Origin: Chiloscyllium plagiosum
Lineage: Eukaryota
DNA: 64,000 nucleotides
Direction: 5' to 3'
Assembly (NCBI RefSeq): GCF_004010195.1
Contig: NC_057719.1
Coordinates: forward strand, 48,343,896 to 48,407,895
Each line of letters starts with the position of its first letter. Position 1 is the stretch's first letter. Under the pieces are notes generated by a model. The model ran no database searches. It was not told where the DNA came from and was given only the letters and a program-made list of their open reading frames with translations. This document shows, one piece after another, positions 27,496 to 39,130 of the stretch. The translations under genes were made by a program, and so were the position numbers.

Positions 27496-28644
27496 CTGTT
27501 CCCTGGATGCTGCCTGACCTGCTGCGCTTTTCGAGCAACACATTTTCAGCTCTGATCTCCAGCATCTGCAGTCCTCACTTTCTCCTCATCAAGGTCTCAG
27601 TAAACCTTAAGCCTGTGTGCCTCAAAATCATGGTAGTAAATAGTACAAGTCTAGAGCATGAAGCTAGAATAAATTCTACATGGCTTCTATGATAGAAATG
27701 TTTCATTTTTTTCTCCAAATGTTGATACTTATTTGCACTTTCAGTCAGCTCATGAAATCCTTTATTATTCTCCTCAAGAAACGGTCAGGATCTTTCAGCG
27801 TTATAACAAAAAATTCACTCATCTTCTATATGACAACATTTCAAATGCCTGTTCAGAAAAATAAAATGATTTGTGACAGAATGAAGATATTCTATTCAGT
27901 TATGTACATAAAACACTGGAACTTACCTTGAAAAAACATGACAGACTGCAGGCTTGTTGACACAAACTTAGTCTAGGAAACAGTTGCTGTGCTGGAACAG
28001 CTAGGCTCGTGGTTAACTTCAAATTAGGGTTACAAACCTTATTTACATTAGATAGTTACACTGCAGATTCCTGATGGGTGTCCTCAAGTAGCTTGCTGGT
28101 AAAGAGGATTTTAATTTTGGGTAGCAGTGTTGCCAACAGCACCCTTCAGGTGAGTCAAGAGAAGTGATCAGGAGTGATGTGGTTAGCCATGTGTGAAAGC
28201 GGAGGCGAGAGTAATAGAAAGGGGAATGACTGGTGCCTCACAATGGCTAAAGGAAGACCATTCCTGCACGTTCTATCTTCAAATTCAATCCTGTGAATTT
28301 TTAAAAATGCCGTTTTAGTGGCAAACTTCAGTGGGTGCTTTGGGGACTGCTTTAGGCTGCAATAAATACATCCAACTTTTCTTGCCATGTCATTCATTGG
28401 CAGATCTACAGGGCTTAATTCCTGTTGCAATCGTAATAACGCTTTGATAATCCTGTCAGCATGGTGATGGAAAATATTTTGTTATATTGTCTGTATTTTG
28501 ATGAATACATATAATGTTAGATTATGAAGACTTATTGAAATGTTTGTTTAGTTATATGTTTAATATATTTGTCCATTCTCTGACTAGATACATGATGTTG
28601 CTAATAATACTTTATACAAGTCAAATTGTATATACTTCAAGTAA

Positions 28645-28732
28645 TTCTAAGGAAGGGTCACTGGACCCAAAATGTTAACTCTGATTTTGCCAGACCTGGT
28701 GAGCTTTTCCAACAATTTTAGTTTTTGTTTAT
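28645..28732 (+). mobile_element. Penelope repeat fragment with decayed hammerhead
   Basis: ctaaggaagggtcactggacccaaaatgttaac, same family as 1084. Confidence 0.65.
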
Positions 28733-30041
28733 GGAATGCTGATGTTTTGGTGCTTGGCACAGTACCTTGAATTTCTAGGCCATGAATGCTCAAAATGTCA
28801 CTTTCAAATCTTTCAGTATTAGTACAGAAATTACGAGCCTTGATTTGTCCTGGCAGGAAAATGACGCAAAACTCACAGTATGCATAAAGCCTACTCTCCC
28901 AAGTTGCTCTAAGCAGCCATATATTGTAGAAGAATGCTCTTGGTAAGATATTCCAGCAATTCAGTATCATTGCTCCACTGACCTATCATTTTGGGGATGT
29001 GTGTTACTTCTATCTTACCTGTGCTTGTCCTTGCTAATTGGAAATGTGTTAGTAAAACTTTTAAAACAGTTAAAACATCAGTGCTCCTCCGATGAGGTTT
29101 GTAATCAGTCACTTTAGGCATGAACGTGTCTGCATTCTCCATAGTTTAAACCAGTGATCTCTGAGTTTTTTTTACATTAGTATGTTCTCATATTCTAGAC
29201 AAAAATCACTACATTTTTTTAGACAAGTCAAACTATATATCCTTCAAGCAATTTTAGAATATGATCTGTGCAGTAGATTTCATATCTTTATTTTGGCAGA
29301 AACCTTAAAAGCACCACATATAATGATAAATGGCTTTTCATTCTGTCCAGTACATTTCCATCTTTAAAGACCAGATTGATTGTCAGAATTCCATTTTATT
29401 GTGACCCTTATAACCTGACAAATAATGCCAAAATAAAATGTCTTGCTAACAAATTCTAGCAAGCATTGGTCTTTGTAATGTTTGCCTAGTTGCAAAGCAT
29501 ATTAAAGCTAATGGAGTGTGTTGAGAAACTATCACCTTTCTGAAATGCTGAGACAGCAGTTAAGGAGCATATTATGTTTTTCTTTGGAAGAAAAGTGATT
29601 AATTTCTGTGAGTTATCTCTAGTGCAAATAGAATTCAACTTAGCAAGGAGTTGGTTTTGTTATGTAGGTGCTGTTAATTACAAGATCGTTTTGCTAAGAA
29701 TCCTATTAACTAAATTTTTGGTAATACAAGGTGCTGTGATGGGAAATATGTTGTTGTATTGCTTGCATTTTGGTGAAAAGATATGATGATATATTATTAA
29801 GACTTGTTGAAATATTTATTTAGTTATGTTTAATATATTTGTCCATCATCTGACTAGCTGCATGATGTTGCTAATAATATTTTAGACAATTCAAAGTACA
29901 TATCTTTCAAGTAGGACTGAAATATTAAATAGCTTTTTTATGTCTGACCATAATTATAATCTCTCACCCTCTCCCACCCTCTTCAATAGGGAATGAAAAC
30001 AAGCAACTTTACTCCAATCCTGGCCACTAATTATAGAAAGG

Positions 30042-30257
30042 TAGACAAGCAGGAGGCTGGAAGAACACAGCAAGCCAAGCAGCATCAGGAGATGAAGAAG
30101 TTGACATTTCGGGTGTAACGTTTCTTCAGTCCTGAAGAAGAGTTTTACCCAAAACGTTGACTTCTCCACCTCCTAATGCTGCCTGGCTTGTTGTGTTCTT
30201 CCAGGCTCTTGTTTGCCTACCTTGGATTCCAGCATCTACAGTTTTTTTTTGTCTCTA
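30042..30257. mobile_element. Palindromic Penelope mini-element, decayed hammerheads
   Basis: TSD actaattatagaaagg 30026-30041 / actacttatagaaagg 30258-30273. CTGAAGA at 30132. Same family as 23087. Confidence 0.85.
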
Positions 30258-30584
30258 ACTACTTATAGAAAGGCTCAGAAAAGGCTCAGATAAATTTAAA
30301 AACATTTTCCTGCTTTTAAGATCCTTGTGAGGTAGAATGAGCAGAAATACCACTTTCTGCCAGTAATTCTTGGTCCTTCTTGCTGATGGGAAGTCAGTCT
30401 GGCCAGGTGTTGCCTCAGAGTCTGCGTTACAATGAAACTGTATCATTAAATTCAGACAGGCCTCCACATTCCCAGTGTTCATTGGTTCTTTGCCCATATT
30501 TGGGCTCCCTCACCCTGCCCTCCCATTAATATCAGGGCCCATGTATTCTCCTCTAAGTTTTATTGATACAAATGCTTCCAACAA

Positions 30585-30930
30585 GGCAATGGCCCAGTGG
30601 TATTATTGCTGGACTATTAATCCAGAGATACAGATAATATTCTGGGGACCTCGGTTGAAATCCTATAGTGGGATTTGAATTCAATAAAAATCTGGAATAA
30701 AGAGTTTAATTATGACCATGAAACCATTGTCAATTGTCAGGAAAAAAACCTACCTGATTCATTAATGTCCTTTAGGGAAGGAAATCTATTATCCTTACCT
30801 GGTCTGGTCTGCATGTGACTCCCGACCCGAAGCAATGTGTTTGACTCTTAATTGCCCAATGGGCAGTTAGGGATGGGTAATAAATACTTGCCCAGCCAAT
30901 GACACCTACATCCTGTGGATTAAAAAAAAC
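30585..30930 (+). mobile_element. tRNA-headed SINE (family 2)
   Basis: A-box-like tggcccagtggt and a conserved core. The 3' tail matches the LINE family 2 tail at 33606-33665. Confidence 0.8.
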
Positions 30931-31239
30931 ATTTTTTTTAATATTGGTATATTTTTTAAATTATATGTTTGTAATCATGACTGCATTAACACAATATACT
31001 GTATGTGACTGTCTTTAATCACAGATGTCCACAAAAGTAGTCAATTTGCTTGATTCATGCACAATTTACATTACTTCAGTTAAATATTTCTGTACGTGAA
31101 CGGTTAAAACAAATGCAGCTAAATATAGCAGGGAGTTGTGTTGACCCTGGTGGCCCAGTTTCTGACTGGTATGGTGCTGGATGGTGTTCGTGGCTTCAGT
31201 GGCTCTGTGTCTGGAGGACATTGCGCCACTGTTAATAGA

Positions 31240-31578
31240 TCGTAGAATCGCTACAATGAGGGCTTTTTGGCCCAACAAGTCCACACTGACCCTCTGAAGA
31301 GTCACCCACCCAGATCCATTCCCCTACCCTATTAATCTACATTTACCCCCAACTAATGCATGTAACCTACAAATCCCTGAACACTGCGGGCAATTTAGCA
31401 TGGCCAATTCACCTAACCTGCACATCTTTGGATTGCGGTAGGAAACCGAACATCCAGAGGAAACCCATGAAGACACAGGAGAATTTGCAAACTCCACACA
31501 GCCAGTCACCTGCGGTTGGAATCGAACTCAGGTCTCTGGCTTTCTGAAGCAGAAGTGCTAACCACTGAGCTACCACGC
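31240..31578 (-). mobile_element. HE1/V-type SINE
   Basis: Reverse complement of the 22158 element. Confidence 0.92.
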
Positions 31579-31939
31579 ATTTGACTCAATAGAAGTCTAG
31601 GCAGGGAAGTGGTCATCCCTGTGGGCCCCTATGGGCCAAAAGGAAGCATCCTTAGCAACTTGGGAACATGGAACCTGAAACGCTGAGTATGTGCTGAAGA
31701 ATGATGTGGAGCCTGAGGTGCAGTGTGGGCCCAGAAGCCACAATGGAACGAGAGAAAGAGAGAATCAGCAAGCCGAATTCACGCATACATCTGCTAGAAA
31801 TCTCAGTGGATGACTTGGAGAGAACCTATGTACCAAGAAAAAGTTATCCTATCTTGCCTAGTAGGCAAGGTAACTTGCTTCATGTAGATGAGAGGGATTA
31901 GCAATAGGAGTTCCAGTAAGTGTTGTTTTTGCTGGATGC

Positions 31940-33665
31940 AAAATTTTCCGACAATCAACTAACCCCATTAGTCTACTCCCGATCATCTGTAAAATAGTGG
32001 AATGTGTCATCAACAGTGCTATCAAGTAACACCTGCTTACCAACAACTTTCTCACTGACGTTTAGTTTTGGTTCTGCCAGGGCCACTCAGCTTCCGAACT
32101 CATTACAGCTGTGGTTCAAACATGGACAAAAGAGGTAAATTTGAGATGTGCGGTGAGATTAACTGCCTTTGACATCAAGGCCACATTTGACCAAGTGTGG
32201 CATCAAAGAGCCCTCGCAAAAATGGAATCAATGGGGAATCAGGGGAAAACTCTCTGCTGGTTGGAGTCATACTTCACATATAGGAAGGTGGTTGTAGATG
32301 TTGGAGGTCAGTCATCTCAGCTCCATGAAATCACTGCAGGAGTTCCTGAGATTATTGCTCAGCATCTTCAGCTGTTTCATCAATGACTTCTCCTCCATCA
32401 AAAGGTCAGATGTGGTGATGTTCACCTATGTTTGCACAATGTCCAGCATCATTCATGGTTCCTTGGATACTAAGCAGTCCATGTTTCAATGCAACAAGAT
32501 CTAGACAATCTCCAAGCTTGGGGTGACAAGTGGCAAGTAACATTTGTGCAGCACAAATGCCAGGCAATGACCATCTCAATAAGAGACAATCTAACCATCA
32601 TCCCTTGACATTCAATGGTGTTACCATCACTGAATCCCCCATTATCAATGTCCTTGGGGATTACCATTAACCAGAAGCTTGACTGAACACACCATATAAA
32701 TACAGTGGCTAGAAGGGCAGGTCAGAGGCTAAGAATACTGCAGCAAGTAACTCACCTCCTGACTCCCCAAAGTCTGTCCACCATTTACAAAGTACAAGTA
32801 TACTGGAGTATTCCCTACTTGGATGAGTGCAGCTCCAATAACACTCAAGTAGCCTGACATTATCCAGGTCAAAGCAGCCCACTTGACTGGCATCAAATGC
32901 ACGAGCATCTACTTTCAACAATGCTCTGTCGCAGCAATGTGTGCTATCTATAAGATGCATTGCAGACATTTGAAAAGATCTTTAGACAACCTCTGAAATG
33001 CATGACTATATCCACCGAGATGGACAAGGGCAGCAGATACGTGGGAACACGACCTGTAAGTTCCAGTCACCATCCTGACTTGGAAACATATCATTGTTCT
33101 GTCACTGTCGCTGTGTCAAAATCCTGGCATACCCTCCCGAAGGGTATTGTGGAACTACATACAGCACATGTACAGCAACAGTTCTAAAAGGCAGCTCACC
33201 AGCACCTTTTCAAGCGCAAATATCTTATAGAGGTTTACAAAATTATGAGGGGCATGGATAGGATAAATAGACAAAGTCTTTTCCCTGGGGTTGGGGAGTC
33301 CAGAACTAGAGGGCATAGGTTTAGGGTGAGAGGGGAAAGATATAAAAGAGACCTAGGGGCAACTTTTTCACGCAGAGGGTGGTGCGTGTATGGAATGAGC
33401 TGCCAGAGGATGTGGTGGAGGCTGGTACAATTGCAACATTTAAGAGGCATTTGGATGGGTATATGAATAGGAAGGGTTTGGAGGGATATGGGCCGGGTGC
33501 TGGCAGGTGGGACTAGATTGGGTTGGGATATCAGGTCGGTGTGGACGGGTTGGACTGAAGGGTCTGTTTCCATGCTGTGTATCTCTATGACCCTATGACT
33601 CTAAATAGGGATGGGCAATAATTGCTGGCCTGCCAACAACACCCACATTCCATAAGTGAATAAAG
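31940..33665 (+). mobile_element. LINE family 2 RT and 3' end (interrupted by CR1 at 33223-33603)
   Basis: TAFDIKATFDQVWH, FSCFIND, WGDKWQVTF. Tail gatgggcaataattgctggcc..gaataaa. Confidence 0.85.
33223..33603 (+). mobile_element. CR1 3' fragment
   Basis: MRGMDRINRQSLFPGVGESRTRGHRFRVRG, then an (atgact)-type tail. Confidence 0.9.
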
Positions 33666-33889
33666 GACTTCTGCTATTCTGATGACTTGAGACCAAGGGT
33701 TGACTTCTTAATGATTTTTAAGTATATTTCAAGCATTGGACCATGATTGTAAATAGTTTGTTTTTGAGTCAAGAGTTTTCATAAATGCACATAAAGGCTC
33801 AATCTTGGAGGAATGAAGGATCACTGTTTTAGTACTTACGTGCATTTTGGGTGCATGAATCCTGCATTACATTAAGAATGTAAACTTTC

Positions 33890-34682
33890 CTTATGACCAG
33901 AAGTGTGAGATTTTTTATATTTATCAATATTATTTTTAGAATTTGGGGTTGGTTACATTTCTTAAAGGTTTAAAAATTAACCAGGTTAGACAGTACTATG
34001 GAACACTGCCCTCATCCAGCATAGGCCAGAGAGCAAGGACCCTCTGGAATATTAATGGAAGATTACTTTTACAGGAGTGGTTTACAACATATGGGGTAAA
34101 CATTGAAAGCCAACAGCTTGTTTCTCATCAGGCTAATCTTAGGAAATCCAGATATTGAAAGGGCAGTTTGGAGGAGACCCGACTAGCGTCAGAAGCAAAC
34201 ATAGTTTCTCTCTTAGAAAGAAATATAGGGGAGTTCAGAAAAAGCAAAGTTACCTCAGTGTAAAAGTTTAGTTTTTGAGACTTACAAGAAGTGTTTTGTT
34301 AGAAAGTTACCAGTTAGAAACTGCTGTCAGTTTTGTGAGGTTTCGTCTAAGAAGACTTCACAGTTCATGGACAGAACTGAAGAGAATTGGATACGTTGAA
34401 TACAGGGATTTGATACTTGAGGGCTAATTTCTCTGGATTTGAGTCTTTGTAATGGATAAAATCAAGAACTGATGAAACATTGTTTTGCTGTGTACTTTGA
34501 GTTTTCTAATTTCTGTATCTGGAGAGCTTTGTTTTGGTTTGGTCTTTTGTATAATAAACATCTATTGTTAAACAAACTCTGGAGTGAATAATCACCATGT
34601 TAACTAAAATTTACAAAGAAGAGTCTTATCATTTCGGTCTGGGATCTGACTTGTCCAAAAGTACCAACAGTTGAGATAATAC
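33890..34682 (+). mobile_element. Probable degraded solo LTR
   Basis: ttatgacc... start, aataaa at about 34553, ..gataata end. No clear TSD. Confidence 0.35.
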
Positions 34683-34728
34683 CCTATTCAATAATAGAAT
34701 TGGCTGAATAGCTGTTTGGTTTCGATTC

Positions 34729-34756
34729 CTGATGAAGGGCTTTTGCCCGAAACGTC
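34729..34756 (+). ncRNA. Minimal hammerhead motif (intact core, weak stem I) in a single Penelope repeat arm (34724-34822)
   Basis: CTGATGA-A-GGGC-tttt-GCCC-GAAAC-GTC. Confidence 0.7.
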
Positions 34757-36420
34757 AGTTTCGCTGCTCGTTGGATGCTGCCTGAACTGCTGTGCTCTTC
34801 CAGCACCACTGATCCAGAACCTACTTAGTTAACATGCTTAGTTAACATACTTAGTTAACACCTCTCACCCCAGAATTTAGTGAAGTGGTATGATTTTAAA
34901 GATTATTAAAGGTCATAACCCAAATGTTTAGTTGCAGCCAACCTTCCAGCAGACAGGCAGCTAAATGCATAAAAAGCTATTGCCATGGAAAACTAGAATA
35001 ACCCTTGCAGAATATTACATCTCTGAAGATGTGGGTGCTAGGTGATAGGTAGATTTCTTGCATAGCTGACATACCTGGCATCATTCCACTGGTCTTCCCT
35101 TACACACAGGTAGGAAGATTTCAATTGGGAAACTTACTTATGTCACTTATTGTAAAAATACGTTTGTACATGCATTGCTACGGCAATTTTCATAATCACA
35201 GGACATCCTGAAGCAAATTGAATCTTTTTCAAGTGTAGTTAGTCACTGTTATAAAGCAGGAAATGGCACTAGGATAAGCAATTTGTATGACTTGTGCAAA
35301 AACACTTGACAGCCTAAATGCCAACTAAGTTAAAATTGGTGAAGAATTGCCAGTGTCATTAACTTTGTTTAATTATGAACTTTCCATGACCGCTGGAGTA
35401 CATCTGATCACCCTAGATAACAATTTCAATATGAATGCATCCAATATCTGACAGAGTATATACGAGAACTGCAAGAAATTGTTGCAAAACTGAAATCACC
35501 CAGCTTCTTTTTTTTGAATTGAGCCATGACTTAGTTCGATTGTTGGAAATAAAATCTGGTGCTTTTCCTTTGAGGTAAGAATTAATCACTTTTCACTATC
35601 CAGTATCCATGAAAATACATGAACAAAATCCAAGCTTTAATGTTCTGGAAAGAATGCAATGGAGATAGAAAGTATAATGATTTCAATATTATAGAATATA
35701 GGATACACAATAGAGCATCATGAGCTTAGAAAGAGCAAAGGAATACTGATTACAGTTATATTGATAAAATAGAGGAAGCAAAAAAAATTGCATCAGAGAA
35801 AAAGATTCAATGTTACAAATGATGAAGAGATCATTCTCTAAGCAATGCACTTTGTATTTGTATCATATTGTACAGAAAGGAGAAATAAACTGCACAAATT
35901 TGGGAGCAGTATTCAAGCCGTAAATGAGTTTGAAATTCAATGGTAATTGTTTAGTGTGAAAGGAGGTACTGGACTTCACCTTGAGTTAAAAGAATAACAA
36001 GAGATGAATGATGCAAGGATTGGGAAAAAAAAACTTTAACTGTCTTTAGCAAAGACTTAAGTTATTTATTTTAAACTGGCAAATTTGGTCAGATACATTT
36101 TAAACATTCAGACACTGCTATGCTATTTGGAATTTTGAAATGTCTCACTTTAGAAAGTCCTGTTCTAAGATCAGTGGGGTCACCGCCTTTTTCAGTGACA
36201 TTTATGCACGAGAGTCGTTCTGGATTTTTTTCTCATATATTCCCATTGTCATTTCAGTTTGTCTTTTAAAATAATAAGATAATTGGAAGGAAAGCTTTTG
36301 GGCTTTACAGTAAGATGACAGGTTGCAAAAGACTGAACTGCTGAAATCTGTAAAGAATACTGTTTAGTAATTCCTGCCTTGAAGATGTATAAAAACAAAA
36401 CTCTGACTTAATATGATAAG

Positions 36421-36610
36421 AGTCAAAAAGTGTGGTGCTGGAAAAGCAGAGCAGCATCCAAGGAGTAGGAGAGTCAATATTTCCAGCATGAAGGGCTTCT
36501 GCTCGAAACGTTGATTCTCCTGCTCCTTGGATGCTGCCTGACCCACTGTGCTTTTCCAGCGCCACACCTTTTGACTCTGATCTCCAGCATCTGCAGTTCT
36601 CACTTTCTCT
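36421..36610. mobile_element. Palindromic Penelope mini-element with 13-bp TSD
   Basis: TSD TTAATATGATAAG at 36408-36420 and 36611-36623. Decayed core atgaagggcttctgctcgaaacgtt. Confidence 0.88.
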
Positions 36611-36650
36611 TTAATATGATAAGGATAATGTAATACAGCCATTTGCGCAA

Positions 36651-37246
36651 TTCAAGTGAATCACAGTGAAATTTCAAAACAATAGTGATATTAAGATAAG
36701 TGCAGTTTTGCATCCCACTCTTTGTGCAAAAATGGCTAAGGTAAGCAGATATGTGTCCAGCGCTTATTTACAGTATAATGAAATACAGCATTCAACTTCA
36801 ATGTTCTACATTGTCCAAAAAATAAATTTCTTGAAAGCACCCCAATTACACCATGTTTCAATGACATTGTTAAATAATAAGGCATGGCAAGACAATTTAG
36901 AGCCAATGTTTACCGATTGATGGCATCTACTAAAATGTCATGATTTCTTAGATCTTGTCATGTCTACCAGCAAACGATTATGGGAAACAGAGATCAGAAA
37001 GAGGCAGAATCAGAAATGTGCCATCTGTTGTGAATATGACTGCAGCTAGCATGCATCACTGATGCTGTGACAACAATTAGATATGTCAACTTTCCCCTCT
37101 AGTGTTGAACCAACCATGGAGATGTTACTGTGGAATGGCACAGAAGTCCAGCCCCATTGTACCCATGTCAAGCAAGAGTGGGATGCAAAACTGCATTTAT
37201 CTTAATATCACTATTGTTTTGAAATTTCACTGTGATTTCACTTGAA
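36651..37246. mobile_element. Putative MITE / foldback with about 72-bp terminal inverted repeats
   Basis: 36651-36722 is nearly the reverse complement of 37174-37246. Confidence 0.65.
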
Positions 37247-38089
37247 CCCCTATGAAACATTGAGTTGGATACTAAACTGTTTCACATTTACTTACAAATT
37301 TATTTGCAACTTTTCTTTTCGTCTATTTTCTCTTGCTTCCCTGCCCTCAATCCAGGAATTACAGTATAAAGAATACACTCTATTTGAGTTTGACTAGAAC
37401 TCACTAACAACCATTTGGCAACAATTTGACATTTTAAACTAAAAACTTTGGTACTCCTTAATTCTCCCATAATCTTCCTCCTGCTTCTTTTAAAATTTAA
37501 TAGCCAGTTGCCTCCTAATGATTACTTCCTGATTTTGTTTTCCTGTTTTCACCTTTACTGTTTTCAATATTTGTTTGAGTGCTAAAAAGGAAATTTAGAT
37601 TTAGGTAAATTCGATTTGGTAAATTTCTTAGAAATGCTATACATTACAAAAAAACAATCGTTCAATATACTCGATGGGTAGCGTATGAGTCACAGAGATC
37701 GTGTCAGACTTTTATGACTGAATTAAGGGTCTCATGGTTTGGCAGCAACCGAACTTTTAAGCTTTCACTTCAAACACACATATATACATTATGTAATATT
37801 AATAAACCTTTCTTTAATCGAGCTCAATTTTGAATATATTTTTTATCCCCAATTATTTTTGTATTTCCAAAACGTTTTACAATATGGATTATTCAAATGA
37901 TACTTATAAGAAGCCTAGTAATCTGTTGTGTATGGAAGATGTGTTTAGCAAGTACCAAAGCACCCTAACATAAAAGTTACATAAGGATGAACAGAGTTTC
38001 ACGTACCACAGCTGTCACATTGTGCTTTCTGTGGCTTTACTGGCAGGCCTTTTTGGGGAGGGGGAGGGAGGAAAGAAAGACACTTTGGA

Positions 38090-39130
38090 ACAGCGAAGTC
38101 ATTGTTATCGCTGGATCTGGCAGTACCAGCATGGCCCCGGAACCGAGGTTCAATAGAGGAGACAGCTCAACACATTAAATGTATGCTTCCATTGACCAAC
38201 AGCAACAAGCAGCAGGCGACAGTCAGCAGCAGGGTTGGGACAGAACGCCGACATCTGCCACGGCTCTCGGGCACAAATGAGTTTAGTAGGGGCTGCCTTT
38301 CTCTCGAATCGGAACGGATGGAAGTGACAGCTGCAGCCGCGCCCCTTGGCAGATTCCTGCTAATGAGTCGGGGGAACCAGGGCCTTCTGACCACATTTAC
38401 ATTCGCGGTTCGCGCTACTGTTCGTTATTTTAATTGACTCGTGGCGTAACTCGCGCTCCGAACCCCGGCCCTTTCCAGGCGCTCGCGTTTCACGCGGCGG
38501 CTCCGTCTGCTCTGTTTACATAACACCCTTATACTGGGAACCCAGCACAAAAATAGTTGGGGGGGGCAGCTGATGTACTGAATTATTTTTTTTCAAAATT
38601 TACATCGCTAGCCTGTGCATTTCTGAAGTAAAATCAGAGTAAACACTGTATTCGACATAATGTGCATGTTTTGGAGTTGAATAGTGATAGGAAAGATTTT
38701 CGCCTCTCTTATAGTGGCCACAGAGTTCCCTCCCGCGTGTGCAGTTATTGGTAGACTCCTCTCCCACCCCTCCCCCTCGCCAGCTGACTAATCTGATTGT
38801 TGACGGTTTTTTTTCTCTGGTTCTTTCTCGACGCAGCGAACACTCGGCTGTTTGGCAGTGAGAGACAGATTTTGAAGATCAGAAACTGGGGAAGACATCG
38901 GAGGAAGGGGAGTGGGGCGAAACAAATATACCCATCCACAACCAAATCAGTCCAAATAAATAAAAGGACGAAACTCATGGTGTGCTTGTGGATACAGTCA
39001 TTCAGTACTGAGCGGTGAACGTCGGCGAGACGTAAACCGAGCGCCACTCATGTTTTCATCAAGTCAAGAAGATCACAGTGCGCCCACCAAGGATCCCGTG
39101 AAGTATGGAGAACTCATCGTCCTGGGGTGA
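38090..39130. promoter_or_regulatory. CpG island / promoter and 5'UTR of the Pellino gene
   Basis: Sharp rise in CG dinucleotides (e.g. tcgcggttcgcg, cacgcggcgg) against a CpG-depleted background, directly upstream of the first coding exon. Confidence 0.8.
39050..39126 (+). CDS. PELI2: First coding exon of E3 ubiquitin ligase Pellino (most like Pellino-2)
   Basis: MFSSSQEDHSAPTKDPVKYGELIVLG followed by a phase-2 GTGAGT donor at 39127. Length and H-x-A-P-x-K spacing match PELI2 (MFSPGQEEHCAPNKEPVKYGELVVLG) better than the shorter PELI1 N-terminus. No exon 2 recognised in the window. Confidence 0.9.

Larger units (their letters stand above)
27354..27585. mobile_element. Young palindromic Penelope mini-element with 15-bp TSD
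   Basis: TSD TCATCAAGGTCTCAG at 27339-27353 and 27586-27600. About 90-bp near-perfect inverted arms, plus a 3' extension on one arm. Confidence 0.92.

Noticed and set aside
27031..27692. Divergent twin ORFs both starting MLPDLLRFSSNTFSA
   Set aside because: This is a trivial consequence of the palindromic mini-element, not protein genes.
38949..38976. GTCC-loop-GGAC-GAAAC in the PELI2 5'UTR looks like hammerhead stem II plus GAAAC
   Set aside because: There is no CUGANGA box upstream (accaaatca) and no convincing stems I or III.
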